Source: Minisyncoccota bacterium
Lineage (GTDB): Bacteria; Patescibacteriota; Minisyncoccia; JAHIHE01; JAGLIN01
Assembly (NCBI GenBank): GCA_023142595.1
Contig: JAGLJF010000027.1
Span: forward strand, 1-61,453
Direction of reading: 5' to 3'
Length of the DNA: 61,453 bases
Under the pieces are notes generated by a model, which was given only the letters and a program-made list of their open reading frames with translations, was not told the DNA's origin and did not search any database. The position numbers and the translations under genes are program-made. Shown here one piece after another: positions 59,759 to 61,453 of this stretch. Position 1 is the first letter of the stretch, and each line of letters starts with the position of its first letter.

Positions 59759-59773
59759 ATTTGTCTGTTTGTG

Positions 59774-60436
59774 CTACTGGTTTTCTTTCAAGGTTTCTGA
59801 TACCCACATTTTAAATATATTTTCTTCCATGATGCTTAATCTATGGAATTTTGTGGATGGGGTATTTTGTGGCGGAGTGAATGTAATTTTGCTTTTAAAA
59901 TCTTCACCATATCTATCCGCAATTAGTTGACCAAGAAATTCTATTGAATCTAAACTTTCGCTTCCTGGGCAATCTGGTGCTTTAAGCAAATAATGTGGTT
60001 CATGACCTACATTGAAAATGATGCCAACAAATTCTTTATTTTTTTCTGTTGCCATTTCTTTTGCCACATCTTCTTCTGTTTTCCTTTCAAATATTCTCAA
60101 AAACAGAGATTGCAGGGTTAGGTCTTTGTCTCTTTCCTCAATTTCTTCACATTCTTCCTCTGAGATGAATAAAGGGAAAGGACCGAACATATCGCATATT
60201 CCTCGGAATGTATGCAATTCTTTTTTGCCATCATCTGCGTATAATCTAGACCCTACTCTTATTGTTTTCAATCCAGTTTCCATTTTGACAAGATCGAAAT
60301 TATCATTTTCGTCCATAGATAACTTGATGTTACCTAAAAACAACTCGTCTGGCTTTCTTTGCGGATGTTCTGTAAATACTTTTCTTATCATTTTCTTCAT
60401 TGCCTCCTTAAATATATGATATGAAGATAATGCCAT
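59774..60436 (-). CDS. Hypothetical protein
   Basis: 220-aa ORF, the only minus-strand gene in this neighbourhood. It has no recognisable motif. The overlapping + strand ORF 60012..60419 looks like its shadow. Confidence 0.5.
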   Translation of the reverse strand: MALSSYHIFKEAMKKMIRKVFTEHPQRKPDELFLGNIKLSMDENDNFDLVKMETGLKTIRVGSRLYADDGKKELHTFRGICDMFGPFPLFISEEECEEIEERDKDLTLQSLFLRIFERKTEEDVAKEMATEKNKEFVGIIFNVGHEPHYLLKAPDCPGSESLDSIEFLGQLIADRYGEDFKSKITFTPPQNTPSTKFHRLSIMEENIFKMWVSETLKENQ

Positions 60437-60533
60437 AGTAGTTGATTTCCAGTTTTTGTCAAGTTCTAATTTCTAGTATTGAATTAAATCAAGAAATATG
60501 CTAAATTAAGAATATAATAATTTTTTATAAGAA

Positions 60534-61043
60534 ATGCAAAATAATCAAGAAGAAGTAGAATATCCAGTTCAATCGGCATATTTTGTTGGCTCGATGGTTT
60601 TAATGAATGACAAAAATGAAATACTTTTGGTAAAAGAAAGAAATAATAATGACATTTGGACAGTTCCTGGTGGTGAAGTTGATTATGATGACAAGGAACA
60701 ATTTATTGATTCGGCAATCAGAGAAACGGAAGAGGAGGTGGGAATTAGTGTAGATCGAAATGATATAGAATTAATCGATGTAAAAATATCTTATGCGCAA
60801 GGTGATAATCCATACAAAGAAAAAGGAATTTTTATTCCAATTGTGACTTATGTCGCCAAATTTCCAAAAAAGCAAGAAATAGTTCTCAAAAGATCATCTG
60901 ATAAAATTGAGAAAAAATATGATGTTGAAGAATATATCTGGATTAAGCTAAGTGATATAAATGAAAAACAGATAAAAGTTCATGATAATTTTTTGAAAAC
61001 AGTTCCTTTGATTGAAAAATGGATTAAAGAAAATATTAGCTAA
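60534..61043 (+). CDS. NUDIX hydrolase
   Basis: Nudix box 'GGEVDYDDKEQFIDSAIRETEEEVGI'. Confidence 0.85.
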   Translation: MQNNQEEVEYPVQSAYFVGSMVLMNDKNEILLVKERNNNDIWTVPGGEVDYDDKEQFIDSAIRETEEEVGISVDRNDIELIDVKISYAQGDNPYKEKGIFIPIVTYVAKFPKKQEIVLKRSSDKIEKKYDVEEYIWIKLSDINEKQIKVHDNFLKTVPLIEKWIKENIS

Positions 61044-61053
61044 TTCTACAAAA

Positions 61054-61453
61054 ATGTCAAAATGTAAAAATACAATTGATTGGCCAGTTTGTTCTAGTGA
61101 AAATGTAATTTTGGGAAATTCAAAAAGTGAAATTGCGATTGCAACTCTCTGGACACCAACAAAAAAAATTACAGATGAAATTGGATTTAATTCTTTTTGC
61201 ATTGCTGGACAACTTTATTCAAAAGAGGGTATAAATTTTATATTTCGAAATATTTTAGCTAATCCCAATATAAGATATCTAATTGTTTGTGGGACTGAAT
61301 TATCTGGAAGCGGACAAGTTCTTGTTGATTTTTTTGAAAAAGGAGTTGATGAAGATCATAATGTGGTTGGTAATGATTTTGCAAAAGTTCACAAAGAAAT
61401 TCCAAAAGAATCTCTCGAAATGATTCGAAAAAATGTAAAAATTGAAAAAATGA
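61054..61453 (+). CDS. Partial CDS (3' end outside the window), MtrA-like domain protein
   Basis: The frame is open from the ATG at 61054 to the window end. 'IAIATLWT....IAG....EGIN.I..N...NPNIRYLIVCG.E.SG.GQ.L' resembles the remembered tetrahydromethanopterin S-methyltransferase subunit A-like fold. Confidence 0.4.
   Translation, partial: MSKCKNTIDWPVCSSENVILGNSKSEIAIATLWTPTKKITDEIGFNSFCIAGQLYSKEGINFIFRNILANPNIRYLIVCGTELSGSGQVLVDFFEKGVDEDHNVVGNDFAKVHKEIPKESLEMIRKNVKIEKM

Noticed and set aside
1-61453. Alternative genetic code (UGA recoding, as in some candidate phyla).
   Set aside because: Every recognisable protein is full length under the standard code with TGA as a stop, so no in-frame TGA is needed.

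Overview
This is a visibly AT-rich, gene-dense bacterial chromosome segment, transcribed almost entirely from the + strand. Housekeeping genes dominate: L25, S16, L11, L1, trmD, nusA, secE-nusG, tig-clpP, uvrB, dnaJ, argS, aspS, gatB, murE, gpmI and ppaC. Around them are reduced-genome style accessory genes: three NUDIX and two HIT hydrolases, a dCMP-deaminase fusion, GH1 and clan GH-A-like glycosidases, a MacAB-type efflux module, and P-type ATPase, CorA, EamA and MFS transporters. The content and compactness fit a Patescibacteria/CPR-like organism, but that is an inference and cannot be proven from this window. All long ORFs read through with the standard code and show no in-frame TGA. There is one tRNA, Lys-UUU. 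I saw no rRNA, CRISPR array, transposase, integrase, or recognisable defence, secretion or prophage cassette.

I did not find a convincing novel multi-gene system. The most unusual content is non-coding or tiny.
- The two largest intergenic gaps flank aspS (43282-44105 and 45903-46488). They hold GC-rich, promoter- and terminator-bounded structured-RNA candidates and a 31-codon ORF with the strongest Shine-Dalgarno in the window.
- A family of REP/MITE-like palindromic units (GTCATTCTGAA..TTCAGAATC and its complement) sits at gene boundaries and shows compensatory stem changes.
- A promoter plus terminator-like hairpin lies immediately upstream of nusA.
- A DUF4430 gene plus a membrane-protein gene is inserted between rplK and rplA.
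- An isolated amidinotransferase/agmatine-deiminase-fold gene is followed by a Cys-rich protein with two tandem winged-helix-like repeats.

All RNA folds were done by eye and all homology calls rest on remembered motifs. None has been checked by search.
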